Source: Octopus bimaculoides
Taxonomy: Eukaryota
Direction of reading: 5' to 3'
Length of the DNA: 36,743 nt
Assembly: GCF_001194135.2 (NCBI RefSeq)
Contig: NC_068986.1
Location: 40,696,957 to 40,733,699, forward strand
The notes below the pieces were generated by a model. That model ran no database searches, was not told the DNA's origin, and saw only the letters and a list, made by a program, of their open reading frames with translations. Position 1 is the stretch's first letter. Every line of letters starts with the position of its first letter. Shown here piece by piece: positions 11,801 to 21,823 of the stretch. The position numbers and the translations under genes were made by a program.

Positions 11801-14800
11801 GTAGTAAGCTATTTTAATGGCCACATCATAGCACTGTTGTACTATGGCATTCTCCAGCCGATCAGGGCTGGGCATATATGAATATCAAAGGCAGTTCTCT
11901 GTCCATGAAGTGAAGTGGGAGTTTTTAATGTTATCAGATAGATGCCAGATGAGCAACATTTCTCTTGGAACAGCCTCATTGTTTTTCACACCAACTTCAC
12001 ACCTCTAACTCTAAATGTCTAGCCACTCTCAGCTTGCTACATCATGAACAGCCTATTTCACTTATGCCCACTTCACTCCATGAAATTCTTGATGATATCG
12101 GCCCACTACTCTGGTCTTGTTAGGAACAGTAGATTTTTATTTAAGCTAGCTCCATTTCTGTGAGCTTATGATGATTTCCAGCTGAACCTATTTTTCAAAC
12201 ATATGTAGAAATGCTTTCTCTGACTGATGCACACACTCCCTGGTTATGCTCTTATTACTTGTTAGCTTTTGTGATAATTTAATAAATTACATTATTTGTT
12301 TAAAAATTGCCTTCTGATATTCCATTACACAGCTTCTCAAAAGCTCACTCACAGGACTTTTCTATGAAAACTTTCATACTAGAAATTGGTGACCACACTC
12401 ACTAAACTTTTCTTCAGATATCTGTCATCATCTATATGTACCACATGCCTGTACTAGTGCATTCTTTCTTGTACTCTGCAAATTTTTTTGCTTGCTGTCA
12501 CTGATTTCCAAATTTGATATATTGATGTTGTAGTAACGCCTGCGCATGCATAGTCTTACGCATGCTTAGAATTAAACAAGCAAGCGTTTCCCGCTCAATT
12601 CATTCTCTTTCTCGCTGGCCAGCGATTGAGCATGTACGTGTGAGCAAGCTGTCTCTACATCTTTCGGACTTACACAAGACAGCTCGCTCACAACTACAGA
12701 ACAACGTCCCCACAACTATGCTCATACACACACATCACCAATTGTAAAGATATGTATGTTTACCACCTGAATAAATGTTGTTTAAGTTGTTTAGTCTGGA
12801 GTTCAGCGTTCCGTTATATTCTTAATTTTATAGTAGGAAGTCAGGTATACAATCTAAAGATGTATAACCCACTTTCCTATAATGTAATTTTTCATGCTGA
12901 ATCCAAATTTGAGATTCATTTATTCCTGAGAAAAAATTCAGAAAAATCTTACAGCAGTTCAAAGTTTGATCATTTTTAGTCAATCAAAAAACATGAATCA
13001 GAAGCTGGCATTTTTTGCATGATAGTTGTCTGTCACAAAAGGATTGACAGCAGCAACAAAATGAGAGCAAAATGTTATGAAAGTTTTAATGAGCTTTAAT
13101 GAATAAAGTCTTGAGAAATATTCCAGCTTCTTCATATTATGTCTCTCTTTACACAACTTGTTTTTAGCTACAACACCCTTGTCTCCAAAGTAAGAAGCTG
13201 CATCCTCTTGGTATCCATTTTCTCCATCAAACATGAAAGGTTACAAGATTTTGCAGTGGTAATACTGTATTTAGATATAGAATTGTAATGTGGAAAATGT
13301 CCAGGAAAACAGGTCAAATTATGAAAATGAGGTACAAAGAATTAAGGTTGGAAAATATGTGAGCAAACAAGGTAGACTATGGCTTTGCTTGTTGTTATGG
13401 AAACAGACTCCAGTGTGAGGTTTATGGTCATGTGTATTATGGTGGTTTTTGATGGGCTAAAATTACCCCAAATTTGCAAACTTTAAAAGCTTTTTAAAAC
13501 TTTTTATTTATTAATTTATGACCAAAATTTATTTCATTGTCATAATTAGTATACGAAACTAAATTGGTATAAACAAATTTTAAAACAACTGGAACAAAAT
13601 TGAACAAATAAGGAAATCTGTGACAGCAACCAAAAAGATTCTACTCTACATTTGATTCCTATCATACTGAATCAGCTTATTTAAATGCTGTCATTTATAT
13701 ATACAGACATTACATGTCCAGTGTGTGAAGGTGCATGGCTCAGTGGTTAGAGTGTCGAGCTTACAATCGCGAGGTTGTGAGTTTGAATCCTGAACCGGGC
13801 TGTGTGTTGTGGTCTTGAGCAAGACACTTTATTTCATGTTGCTCCAGTTCACTCATCTGTAGAAATGAGTTGCGACGTCACAGGTGTCAAGCTGTATGGC
13901 GTTTGCCTTTCCCTTGGATAACATCGGTGGCATAGAGAGGGAAAGCTGGTATGCATGGGCGCCTGATGGTCTTCCAGAAACAACCTTGCCCGAACTTGTG
14001 CCAGGGAGGGTAACTTTCTAGGTGCAATCCCATGGTCACTCGTGACCGAAAGAGGTCTCAGCAACATGTCCAGTAATAGCATAGACCTTCAATGACTTTT
14101 TACCACTGTTCTGAACTCTGGGCTGTTCTTTCTGCTTCTTTCCAGTTGGAATGTTAAATCATCATCATCATCATCATCATTTACCATCTGCTTTCCATGC
14201 TGGCATGGTTTGGATGGTTTGACATGGAGCTGGCTAGGAGGGAGCTGTCCAGACTCCAAATGCCTTTTGTGGCATGGTTTCTATGTCTGGCTGCCCTTCC
14301 TAACACCAGTCACTTAACAGAGTATGCTGGGTCCTTTTTACATGCCTCCAGCATGGGTGCGTTCATACAGCACCAGCACGGGTGCTTTTTAAGTGACACT
14401 CACACCTAAAAGGACAATCCTGTATGTGTGGAAGACAGTGATTTTACTTAGCTTGATATGTCTTATCAAGTACAGCGAATCCCCACACCTCCTGGTCCCT
14501 TGTCATTTCCTCATTGAGGCCCAGCATCCAAAGATCCTTTCTCAGCACTTTGTCCCATGTCTGCCTGGGTTTACCCCCTCCACAGGTACCTTCCGCAGGT
14601 ACCCTCCACAGCTAGAGCTTGACACTCCTTTATGCAGATGTCCTCTGTCCACCTACAAACAACTAATAATTATTGTTTATTAAGAACAACTTCCATTAAT
14701 TAAATATTTATGTTTTTTGTTTGCAGGTTATGGGTCGTATGGGAACACCTTCAGAGATTAGTACAGCATGTCTTTACCTAGCAGCAGATGGCACATTTTG

Positions 14801-14876
14801 TACTGGTATGGATATGAATGTTTCTGGAGGAATAGATATTTCTGTTGGCAGCAAGAGTGAAGTTACTCCATCTTAA
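197..14876 (+). CDS. HSD17B14: HSD17B14-like short-chain dehydrogenase/reductase, copy A (5'-partial; coding exons 3-9)
   Basis: Manual splice: join(197-294,2874-2940,3183-3274,4867-4971,6772-6839,10019-10115,14727-14876) = 677 nt. All introns GT-AG, phases consistent, TAA at 14874-14876. Motifs: [37 protein letters not shown]. The match to HSD17B14 is from my recall of the human protein; no search was run. Confidence 0.93.
624..1397. mobile_element. hAT-like non-autonomous TIR element (about 45-bp TIRs beginning CATGGGTGCTAGTATA)
   Basis: 624-665 is the reverse complement of about 1357-1397. Flanks CGCGCATG (616-623) and CATGCATG (1398-1405) are consistent with a CpG-decayed 8-bp TSD. Confidence 0.6.
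760..1127 (-). mobile_element. tRNA-derived SINE (family 2)
   Basis: Minus-strand head with A-box-like TGGCCCACTG and B-box-like GTTTCGATTCC; related partial copy at 34660-34837. Confidence 0.8.
1945..2016. repeat. (CA)n microsatellite running into an assembly gap
   Basis: Seen directly. Confidence 0.99.
2587..2749. repeat. Near-perfect palindrome: 75-bp arms, 13-nt loop
   Basis: 2587-2661 vs reverse complement of 2675-2749: 3 mismatches. Confidence 0.95.
2749..2825. repeat. Compound microsatellite (TA)n-(GAT)n-(TATG)n
   Basis: Seen directly. Confidence 0.95.
2874..2940 (+). CDS. HSD17B14: copy A exon 4 (67 nt) [22 protein letters not shown]
   Basis: ttgccag / gtaagt; SDR NNAG motif. Confidence 0.95.
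3183..3274 (+). CDS. HSD17B14: copy A exon 5 (92 nt) [31 protein letters not shown]
   Basis: ttttccag / gtgatt; carries the alpha4 Asn (VNL). Confidence 0.93.
4266..4650 (-). mobile_element. SINE family 1, diverged full-length copy
   Basis: Reverse-complement similarity to 17355-17728 along its length. Confidence 0.8.
4867..4971 (+). CDS. HSD17B14: copy A exon 6 (105 nt) [35 protein letters not shown]
   Basis: atttag / gtaagt; catalytic Ser and YxxxK. Confidence 0.95.
6772..6839 (+). CDS. HSD17B14: copy A exon 7 (68 nt) [23 protein letters not shown]
   Basis: tggcag / gtgagt; GVRVN motif. Confidence 0.95.
7887..8046. mobile_element. Short TIR element (CAGTGCTGTCTTAA...TCAAGATGTCCCTG), hAT-like MITE
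   Basis: Imperfect 14-bp terminal inverted repeats; 3' part duplicated at about 8178-8273. TSD not clear. Confidence 0.5.
8566..8781. mobile_element. Tc1/mariner-type MITE (216 bp)
   Basis: 29-bp TIR TGAGGTTGTGCTGAAAAGTTCCTGGCTTT with 1 mismatch; TA on both sides (8564-8565, 8782-8783). Confidence 0.88.
8884..9150 (-). mobile_element. (GAT)n-tailed retroposon 3' end (RTE-LINE-like or partner SINE)
   Basis: (CAT)n on + followed by a conserved body; further copies at about 14160-14400, 18710-19115 and 24655-24897. Confidence 0.7.
9320..9708 (+). mobile_element. SINE family 1, diverged copy
   Basis: Collinear with 17355-17728. Confidence 0.8.
10019..10115 (+). CDS. HSD17B14: copy A exon 8 (97 nt) [32 protein letters not shown]
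   Basis: tttttag / gtgaga; PG motif followed by the lid helices. Confidence 0.94.
10402..10734. repeat. Pair of perfect 32-bp direct repeats 301 bp apart
   Basis: TACGCCATATGTAAACAAACAAGTTTGTTTTT at 10402-10433 and 10703-10734. Confidence 0.95.
12529..12858 (+). mobile_element. Candidate solo LTR (330 bp)
   Basis: Begins TGTAG and ends CTAAA (one change from CTACA); GATGT on both sides (12524-12528, 12859-12863); AATAAA at 12770-12775; CpG-richer than the flanks. Confidence 0.5.
13728..14058 (+). mobile_element. tRNA-derived SINE (family 3)
   Basis: A box TGGCTCAGTGG and B-box-like GTTTGAATCC, followed by a non-tRNA body (TTGAGCAAGACACTT...). Confidence 0.78.
14160..14400 (-). mobile_element. 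(GAT)n-tailed retroposon 3' end
   Basis: Similar to 8884-9150. Confidence 0.65.
14727..14876 (+). CDS. HSD17B14: copy A exon 9 (150 nt) [49 protein letters not shown]
   Basis: tttgcag acceptor; GRMG and TG..VSGG motifs; TAA stop. Confidence 0.95.
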   Translation, partial: VMGRMGTPSEISTACLYLAADGTFCTGMDMNVSGGIDISVGSKSEVTPS

Positions 14877-15042
14877 GGAACTCAGAATAATGGAGAACAA
14901 AATGAAAAGAAGGAAAAGGAAAATAAATTTATGCTGTTAGATAATTGATATTTTCCAAATTTGGGATTAATATTTTTCTACAATAACTTGAATAATTTTT
15001 GAAAATATATCATATTTGCTTGTAATTTAAAGTGTTTTCAAG

Positions 15043-15061
15043 TCAATAAAGACTTTATTGA
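15043..15061 (+). terminator. Putative polyadenylation signal of copy A within a palindrome (TCAATAAAG A CTTTATTGA)
   Basis: AATAAA at 15045-15050, about 170 nt after the stop; conserved in copy B. Confidence 0.6.
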
Positions 15062-15403
15062 TTTTGTCAGTTGGAAATTTTCTGTAGCAATTACATAGTT
15101 AATTAGCTTAATGATTCTGAGAATGGCATGACTTTCATATCATCTCATTTTTTTATCAAAGCTAAGACGTTCTAAATAAGAAATCACAAAGGTCTGTTTT
15201 TGAAAAAGAGATTTTGTAATATTCACGCCTTGTTGTCAAAAGTTATGAATGAACTCACTTCATTCTCATATCTTTCTCAAAATATATAAATGAAGTGTTT
15301 GCACTAACTCAGAATTGAAACCTGACTGGAATTTCAACTTGCTGATAGCTAATCTGCTGCTGTGCACTATTCTTCATATAGGTCAGTATTAATACTTGCA
15401 GGA

Positions 15404-16143
15404 TTCCACTGAGGTTGTCTTTGACTTTCATCCTTTTAGGGTTAATGAAATAAGTATTAGTTGAGCACTTTATTTGATATAATTGACTTAAACCTTCCCC
15501 TGACACTGCTGGTCTTGTGCCAAAAAGTTGAAACCAATATCAATACTTGCAGGTATGTCTGTATGATTAAAAATTTCACTTTACAAGTCCATGTGGTTTT
15601 GTGTTCAGTTCCATTGCTTGGCACTTTGGCCAAGTGTCTTCAATGCTAACGATGCTATTGTACACCAATAATGAGATCAGCATTGTTTTAACGTCCACTC
15701 TTCCATGCTCACATGGATCACATGGAATATTGCTGAGATGGATTTTTCTACAGTTGGATTCCCTTCCTCTTACCAACCATCAAATTTTCAAGTCAGGTAA
15801 AAATGCTGGTGGGGTTGAGCTTGTCTTTCATCCTTTTGGTCTCAATGAAATAAGTGTCAGTTAAGTACTGGTGTTGGCATAATCGACTTAAATCCTCCTC
15901 TCACATTGCTGGCCTAGTGCCAAAATTTGGAACTAATATCAATACTTGCAGGTATGTCTGTATGGTTAAGAAGTTCACATTACAAATTCCATTGCACATG
16001 ACCTTACCCAAGTATCTTCAATGCTAACTGCGCTATGTCCACTTTTCTATGCTCATATGGATCAAATGGAATATTGTTGAGGTGGATTTTATTACAGCTG
16101 GATGCTCTTCCTCTTACCAACTGTCACATTTCCAAGTCAGGTA
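15404..16143. repeat. Imperfect tandem duplication of a composite repeat block (about 400-bp unit)
   Basis: Shared junctions, e.g. AATATCAATACTTGCAGGTATGTCTGTATG near 15536 and 15935; AAGTCAGGTA at 15790 and 16134. Confidence 0.75.
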
Positions 16144-17354
16144 GCATTTTCCCATGACCAGACATGTTTTGACAGAAAACTGGAAATGGAGGACACTTCT
16201 GGCATGAAGGTGTCTCTCATTTATGATTATTGCATGAAGTTAGAGCAAGGAGACAGTAACACACGCACATGTACACAGACATACACACACATACATATAT
16301 ACATGTATGTTGAAAAATATATTGGTATAAATTTGTATGAATATATACATATGTACATGTACAAATATATGCATATATATGTGCGTGTGTGTATGTGTGT
16401 CTCAGTGTGTGTGCAAATACCCCCCACATGACAGGTTTCTTTCAGTTTCCATCAATGAAATTCAGTTATAAAGGCTTTGGTCAGCTCAGGGCTATAGTAG
16501 AAAATATTTACCCATGGTACCACACTGAAACCATGTAGTTGGGCTGTTGACGTCTTACCATATGACCACTAAAATTAAATCAGTGTGCATATGTGTCTTT
16601 CAAATAGTATCAAAATTAAAATTAAATCAACCATTTTGTTTGGTGTATAGCAAAAGATCCACTGAAAAGAGGAATTGATTTTTTTAAAAAACCTCAAATT
16701 CATATTGTGATATTTAAAACGTTGCAATGATGTAAGCAACGCTACTGATTTTTTAAGGTTAACCCTGTGTAACACGATTTTTGACCTTAAGTAGCAACTG
16801 TTATTTCCTGTTACGTTTATTCAAACCCCAAAGAATCCCTCTCAACACATGGCTATGATGCTCCCCCACCACTCTTGCTCATGATCAGAGATGCATATAT
16901 TGTCAGCCATTAAGGGACATGCTCAAGAGAATAAGGTCAGGCAACTGACAAGCAAATCTGTGGTATTGAATAGAATATTTGTTATAATGATATTTCTGCT
17001 TCAGTAACTCAGCATTGAATCTGTGTGAAACGTAATGGAAAATAGGTCAGTTTCAAAACATTGGTGTTCAGGTCACAAAAGCAAAGTTTGAAGGGAATAG
17101 TGGTAATTTCCTTCAATTTCTAGAAAAATGCAAATAGGTTGAACGACACAAAAAAAAAAAAGAGAAAAATTTGTTACATGGTCTACTCTTACATGTTATG
17201 AAGAAGACAAAAGTTTAAATTTATTGTTGCAAAAATCGTGCATTATAAATGGCACCATATAGGACATCAAGTTACCATCTGGCTCATATGTAATGTTAAA
17301 ATATAATACACCTTATATATATTTGCTGTAGCATGTCTAAGTCATGAATTAGAA

Positions 17355-17728
17355 TGGTGTGGTAAGTAGCTTGCTTACCAACCACATGGTTCCGGGTTCA
17401 GTACTTCTGCGTGGCACCTTGGGCAAGTGTCTTCCACTATAGCCTCGGGCCAACCAAAGCCTTGTGAGTGGATTTAGTAGACGGAAACTGAAAGAAGCCC
17501 GTCGTATATATGTATATATATATGTGTGTGTTTGTCCCCCCAACATCGCTTGACAACCGATGCTGGTGTGTTTACGTCCCCGTAACTTAGCGGTTCGGCA
17601 AAAGAGACTGATAGAATAAGTACTAGGCTTACAAAGAATAAGTCCTGGGGTCGATTTGTTCGACTAAAGGCAGTGCTCCAGCATGGCCGCAGTCAAATGA
17701 CTGAAACAAGTAAAAGAGTAAAAGAGTA
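17355..17728 (+). mobile_element. SINE family 1, best-preserved copy
   Basis: tRNA-like head (GTGTGGTAAG...GGTTCAGT), central (TA/TG)n, tail ending in a GTAAAAGA repeat; many homologs in the window. Confidence 0.85.
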
Positions 17729-18497
17729 TGAATTTTTTGGTGGTGTTCTTGTTGGATTAGTCTAGTCTGTAATATTAATATTTCAACATGTGGTGCTTGT
17801 TGTTTAGCCCCAGGTCAGCCTGAGTCAAGCAGACATATGATCAAAAGCATTCTAGCCATAATCATTCTCTATGATGCCAGTGTCGCGTAACTGGTACTTA
17901 TGTCGGTGGCACGTAAAAAGCACCCTTTGAGTGTTGGACGATATGTTGTGCTTGAAAAGATCTATCAAACCAAGTACAATCGTAGTCATGGAAGATGCCA
18001 GTGTTGCATACCTGGCACGTAAAAAGCAGCCATGGAACTTTGGACCTCACAAGGGCAGTGAAAAGTGACCGAGACCTTAAGCAATATACATGCTTGAGAA
18101 GACCTGTCAAGCCAATATTTGTAAATTGAATGAATACAGTTATGTACCTACAATCTGATGTACTTCTTATACATACACAGAAGCATGCACGTTGATAGCA
18201 AACGACAAATCCAAACACAAAAACAGCAAAGGGACAGGAGTCCAATGAATATCATTAGTCTGAATTTGGAAAAAGGAAGGGAGTTAATCACACTTGTTTG
18301 GAATCTAAGGGAGGTAATCATGCCTGTTGTCCAGACTTAATTTATCGGTATTAACACGGGTTTCAGTCATCCTTCGATAAATTTTCACATCTTTTTTCAC
18401 GCAGTACCGGACCAAATATCCGGAAAGCTTGTGAGCAGAGGTTGTCCGGATGCGTGCATTCACCAATTTGTTAGAGACATTCTATATATATATATGC

Positions 18498-18544
<47 letters not shown>

Positions 18545-18709
18545 AGTTTGGCAAAAGAGACCGATAGAATAAGTACTAGGCTTACAAAGAATAAGTCTGG
18601 GGGTCGATTTGTTTGACTAAAGGCANNNNNNNNNNNNNNNNNNNNNNNNNNNNNNNNNNNNNNNNNNNNNNNNNNNNNNNNNNNNNNNNNNNNNNNNNNN
18701 NNNNNNNNN

Positions 18710-19115
18710 GATTTGACTGAGGACTGGTGGACCAGGAGCCGACACCAGGCTCCAATCTGATTTGGCATGGTATCTACAGCTGGATGCCCTTCCTAACGCC
18801 AACCACTCCGAGAGTGTAGTGGGTACTTTTACGTGCCACCGGCACAAGGGCCAGTCAGGCGGTACTGGCGACGGCCACGCTCGAAATGGTGTATTTTACG
18901 TGCCACCTGCACAGGAGCGAGTCCATCGGCACTGGCAACGATCTTGCTTGAATGTCTTTTCACGTGCCAGGGAGGCGACGTTGGTAACAATCAACAACCA
19001 CGCTCGAAATAGTGTATTTTATGTGTCACCTGCATAGGGGCCAGTCCATCGGCACTGGCAACAATCTCGCTTGAATGTCTTTTCACATGCCAGGAAGGCG
19101 ATGTTGGTAGCGATC
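18710..19115 (-). mobile_element. (GAT)n-tailed retroposon fragment with an internal about 123-bp tandem unit
   Basis: Near-identical to 8940-9150; units at about 18872-18992 and 18995-19115. Confidence 0.7.
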
Positions 19116-19557
19116 ATGCTGGTGATAGACCCCAGTATGCAACTGGTACTTAATTTATCAACCTCAAAAGTATGAAAGGCAAAGTCGACCTCAGCGGAAT
19201 TTGAAGGTATTAATATTAATTTCTTAAATGAAGTGAGGTGCATAGCAGCAGTTTAGCTTTCAACAAGTTGAAATTCCAGTCAGGTTTCAATTCTGAGTTG
19301 GTGCACACTCTTCATTTACATATCTTAGGAAAGATATGTAAATGAAGTGAGTTCATTCGTGACTGTTGGCAACAAGGTATGAATGTTACAAACCCCACTT
19401 TTTTTTTTCCAAAATGTAGACCATTTTTATATAATTCTATTCAGGAAGTCTCGAGCTTCAGTGAAAAATAAGATGATGTGAAATTCATGCTATTCTCAGA
19501 ATCATTAAGCTAATTAACTGTGTAATGACTACAAAAAATTTCCAACAGACAGAAAAG

Positions 19558-19574
19558 CAATAAAGTCTTTATTG
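19558..19574 (-). terminator. Putative polyadenylation signal of copy B within a palindrome (CAATAAAG n CTTTATTG)
   Basis: Minus-strand AATAAA at 19573-19568, homologous to the copy A site. Confidence 0.6.
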
Positions 19575-19734
19575 ACATTAAAACACTATGATGTATTTTC
19601 AAAAATGCACATACAAAAGTATTTATGCTATTGTTGAAAAATATAAATCCCAAATTTGGAAAATATCAATTATTTAACAGCATAATATATTTTTTCTTTT
19701 TCCTTTCTATTTTTTCTCCATTATTTTGCGTTCC

Positions 19735-19884
19735 TTAAGATGGAGTAACTTCACTCTTGCTGCCAACAGAAATATCTACTCCTCCAGAAACATTCATATC
19801 CATACCAGTACAATATGTGCCATCAGCTGCTAGGTAAAGACATGCTGTACTAATCTCTGAAGGTGTTCCCATACGACCCATAAC
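19735..19884 (-). CDS. HSD17B14: copy B exon 9 (150 nt)
   Basis: Mirror of 14727-14876; F>Y, I>V and one synonymous change; TAA at 19737-19735. Confidence 0.95.
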   Translation of the reverse strand, partial: VMGRMGTPSEISTACLYLAADGTYCTGMDMNVSGGVDISVGSKSEVTPS

Positions 19885-21792
19885 CTGCAAAGAAAGAAGA
19901 GAAGCATGTGATTAATGGAAGTTGTTCTAAATTATATGTAGTCATTAGTTGCTAATAAGCGAATGATTTTTGAGACAATAAACATTCCAACTGGAGAGAA
20001 GCAGAAAGGACAGCCCAGAGTTGATAACAACAGTGAAAAATCATTGAAGGGAGAGACAGACTTAAGAAGAAGAAAAAACTGGTGTAAATTGAGGAAGATT
20101 TGGTTGCTACTTCTAGCAATGGAACAATCACATAGTAGCTACCTCATACACTCAAATTAGCATACATTTTTCTGTACTGCTTGAAATTAAAAAAAAATTT
20201 TTTTAGAGGAAGATGTTTAGTTTTCAATACCAGACAATGAATAGTAATCTTGGATTTCAACCCATTGGTAAGCGAGATCCAAAGGAAGACAATGGCTAGA
20301 TTTGAACTTATCTACTCATAGATACAAATGCACTAGAGAGAGAAAATGACATAGGAAGAATGAAACTGGTGTAAATCGAGGAAGATTTGGCTGCCATGTA
20401 ATAGTATCTACCCATAGATACATAGATTACATAGCATTTGTTTTAAGTAAATGAAACAACAAAAACTATTATAGCTTACATATAAGATTAAATAATATGA
20501 GAAGGTACCCAAAAGTAATTGGAAATGTTCTCTGTGAAACAAACCCATTGTAGTTCAGGCTTCTGCAGCTAGAAGCCACTTGATGCGACCCTCAGGCATC
20601 AGTCTACCAACTGGTGTCATTGGGTGAAATTGTACTGCCACATGGTGCATTTTTATTTTGTAGTGCTTCTTCCCTATTTGTCGATTTTTGTGATGGCTGA
20701 AATGAAGGAACAGCATGCTTCCATGAAATTCTGCAGGTGTTGACTTGCAACAAAGTTCAAGAAGAACATCAATGACACCAATCTAATCAGGTTTTCTACA
20801 GCTGGGTGCCCTTCTTGTCACTAAACCTCAGCTGTTTCCAAGCATCATCCCATGGTCAGACATGTTCTCACAGAATATTGGAAATGCATAATATAGCTTG
20901 TATGATATTGAGAATCATTTGTAACTATCATGCAGTATCAAGGAGATACAAATATACACACATCATGGGCTTCTTCCAGTTTCTACTTACCAAATCCATT
21001 CACAAGGCTTTGGTTGGTTCGGGGTTTTAAATGAAAACACTTGCTAAAGGTGCAACATAGTAGGATTGAACCCTCATTCATGCAGTTAGGAGATAATCTT
21101 AACTTCACAACCAAGCATATTTGTGAAATATTTCTCACCTGGGAAGATACTCCTTCATTGTAAATTTTTTCTGGATTCTCTGCATTTCTCTTTAATTCTG
21201 CCCACAAAGGTGTCCATATAGCTCCAGGAGAAATTCTAAAATGGCAAAAAATTAAAGTATCAAATATCATGACAAATATCAAGTATCATACAAATTGTTT
21301 TGTAACTTAAAGTATGTAAAGATAATTTATTTTGTTGTATTTAGTAATAAATAATGTACTTACATGTTTGCAACAATACAAAAATCCCTAAAACGATGCA
21401 GAAATTAAGTTACATCCTCAGGTGAAAGAAAAATCCGAAAGTCTCAACATAACATTTCAGAAAGAAACAGTTTCACACTCTCACAGGTAAGAGCAGAAAC
21501 TCGTTACAAATAGTTCTCTTCACTCCACTTCTAACTTCACTGAAATATGCTATATTTTGTCACAGGGCACCTACAAAGGGGAATTATCCAAACTCCAAAG
21601 AATTCCTCTCAACACATAGCTATGATGCTCTCCCACTACTTCTGTTCATGAACAAAGATGCACATATCGTCAGTCATTAAGGAACATGCTCAACTGGTTA
21701 TGGTCAAACAACTGACAAACAAATGTGTGGTATTGAGCAGAATATTTGCTGTAGCCCATCTTTTATACCAAGACAAAACATGTACAACAATT

Positions 21793-21823
<31 letters not shown>

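Noticed and set aside
12865-13680. Probable old DNA transposon remnant including ORF 12998..13234
   Set aside because: No termini or diagnostic motifs that I can support.
13728-13800. tRNA genes (also 1050-1127, 33255-33320, 35655-35740)
   Set aside because: A and B boxes are present but there is no complete cloverleaf, and each continues into a repeat body; these are SINE heads.
18872-19115. 123-bp tandem units as a repeat array or CRISPR-like structure
   Set aside because: Only two units, inside a common retroposon, with no spacers, in a eukaryotic context.
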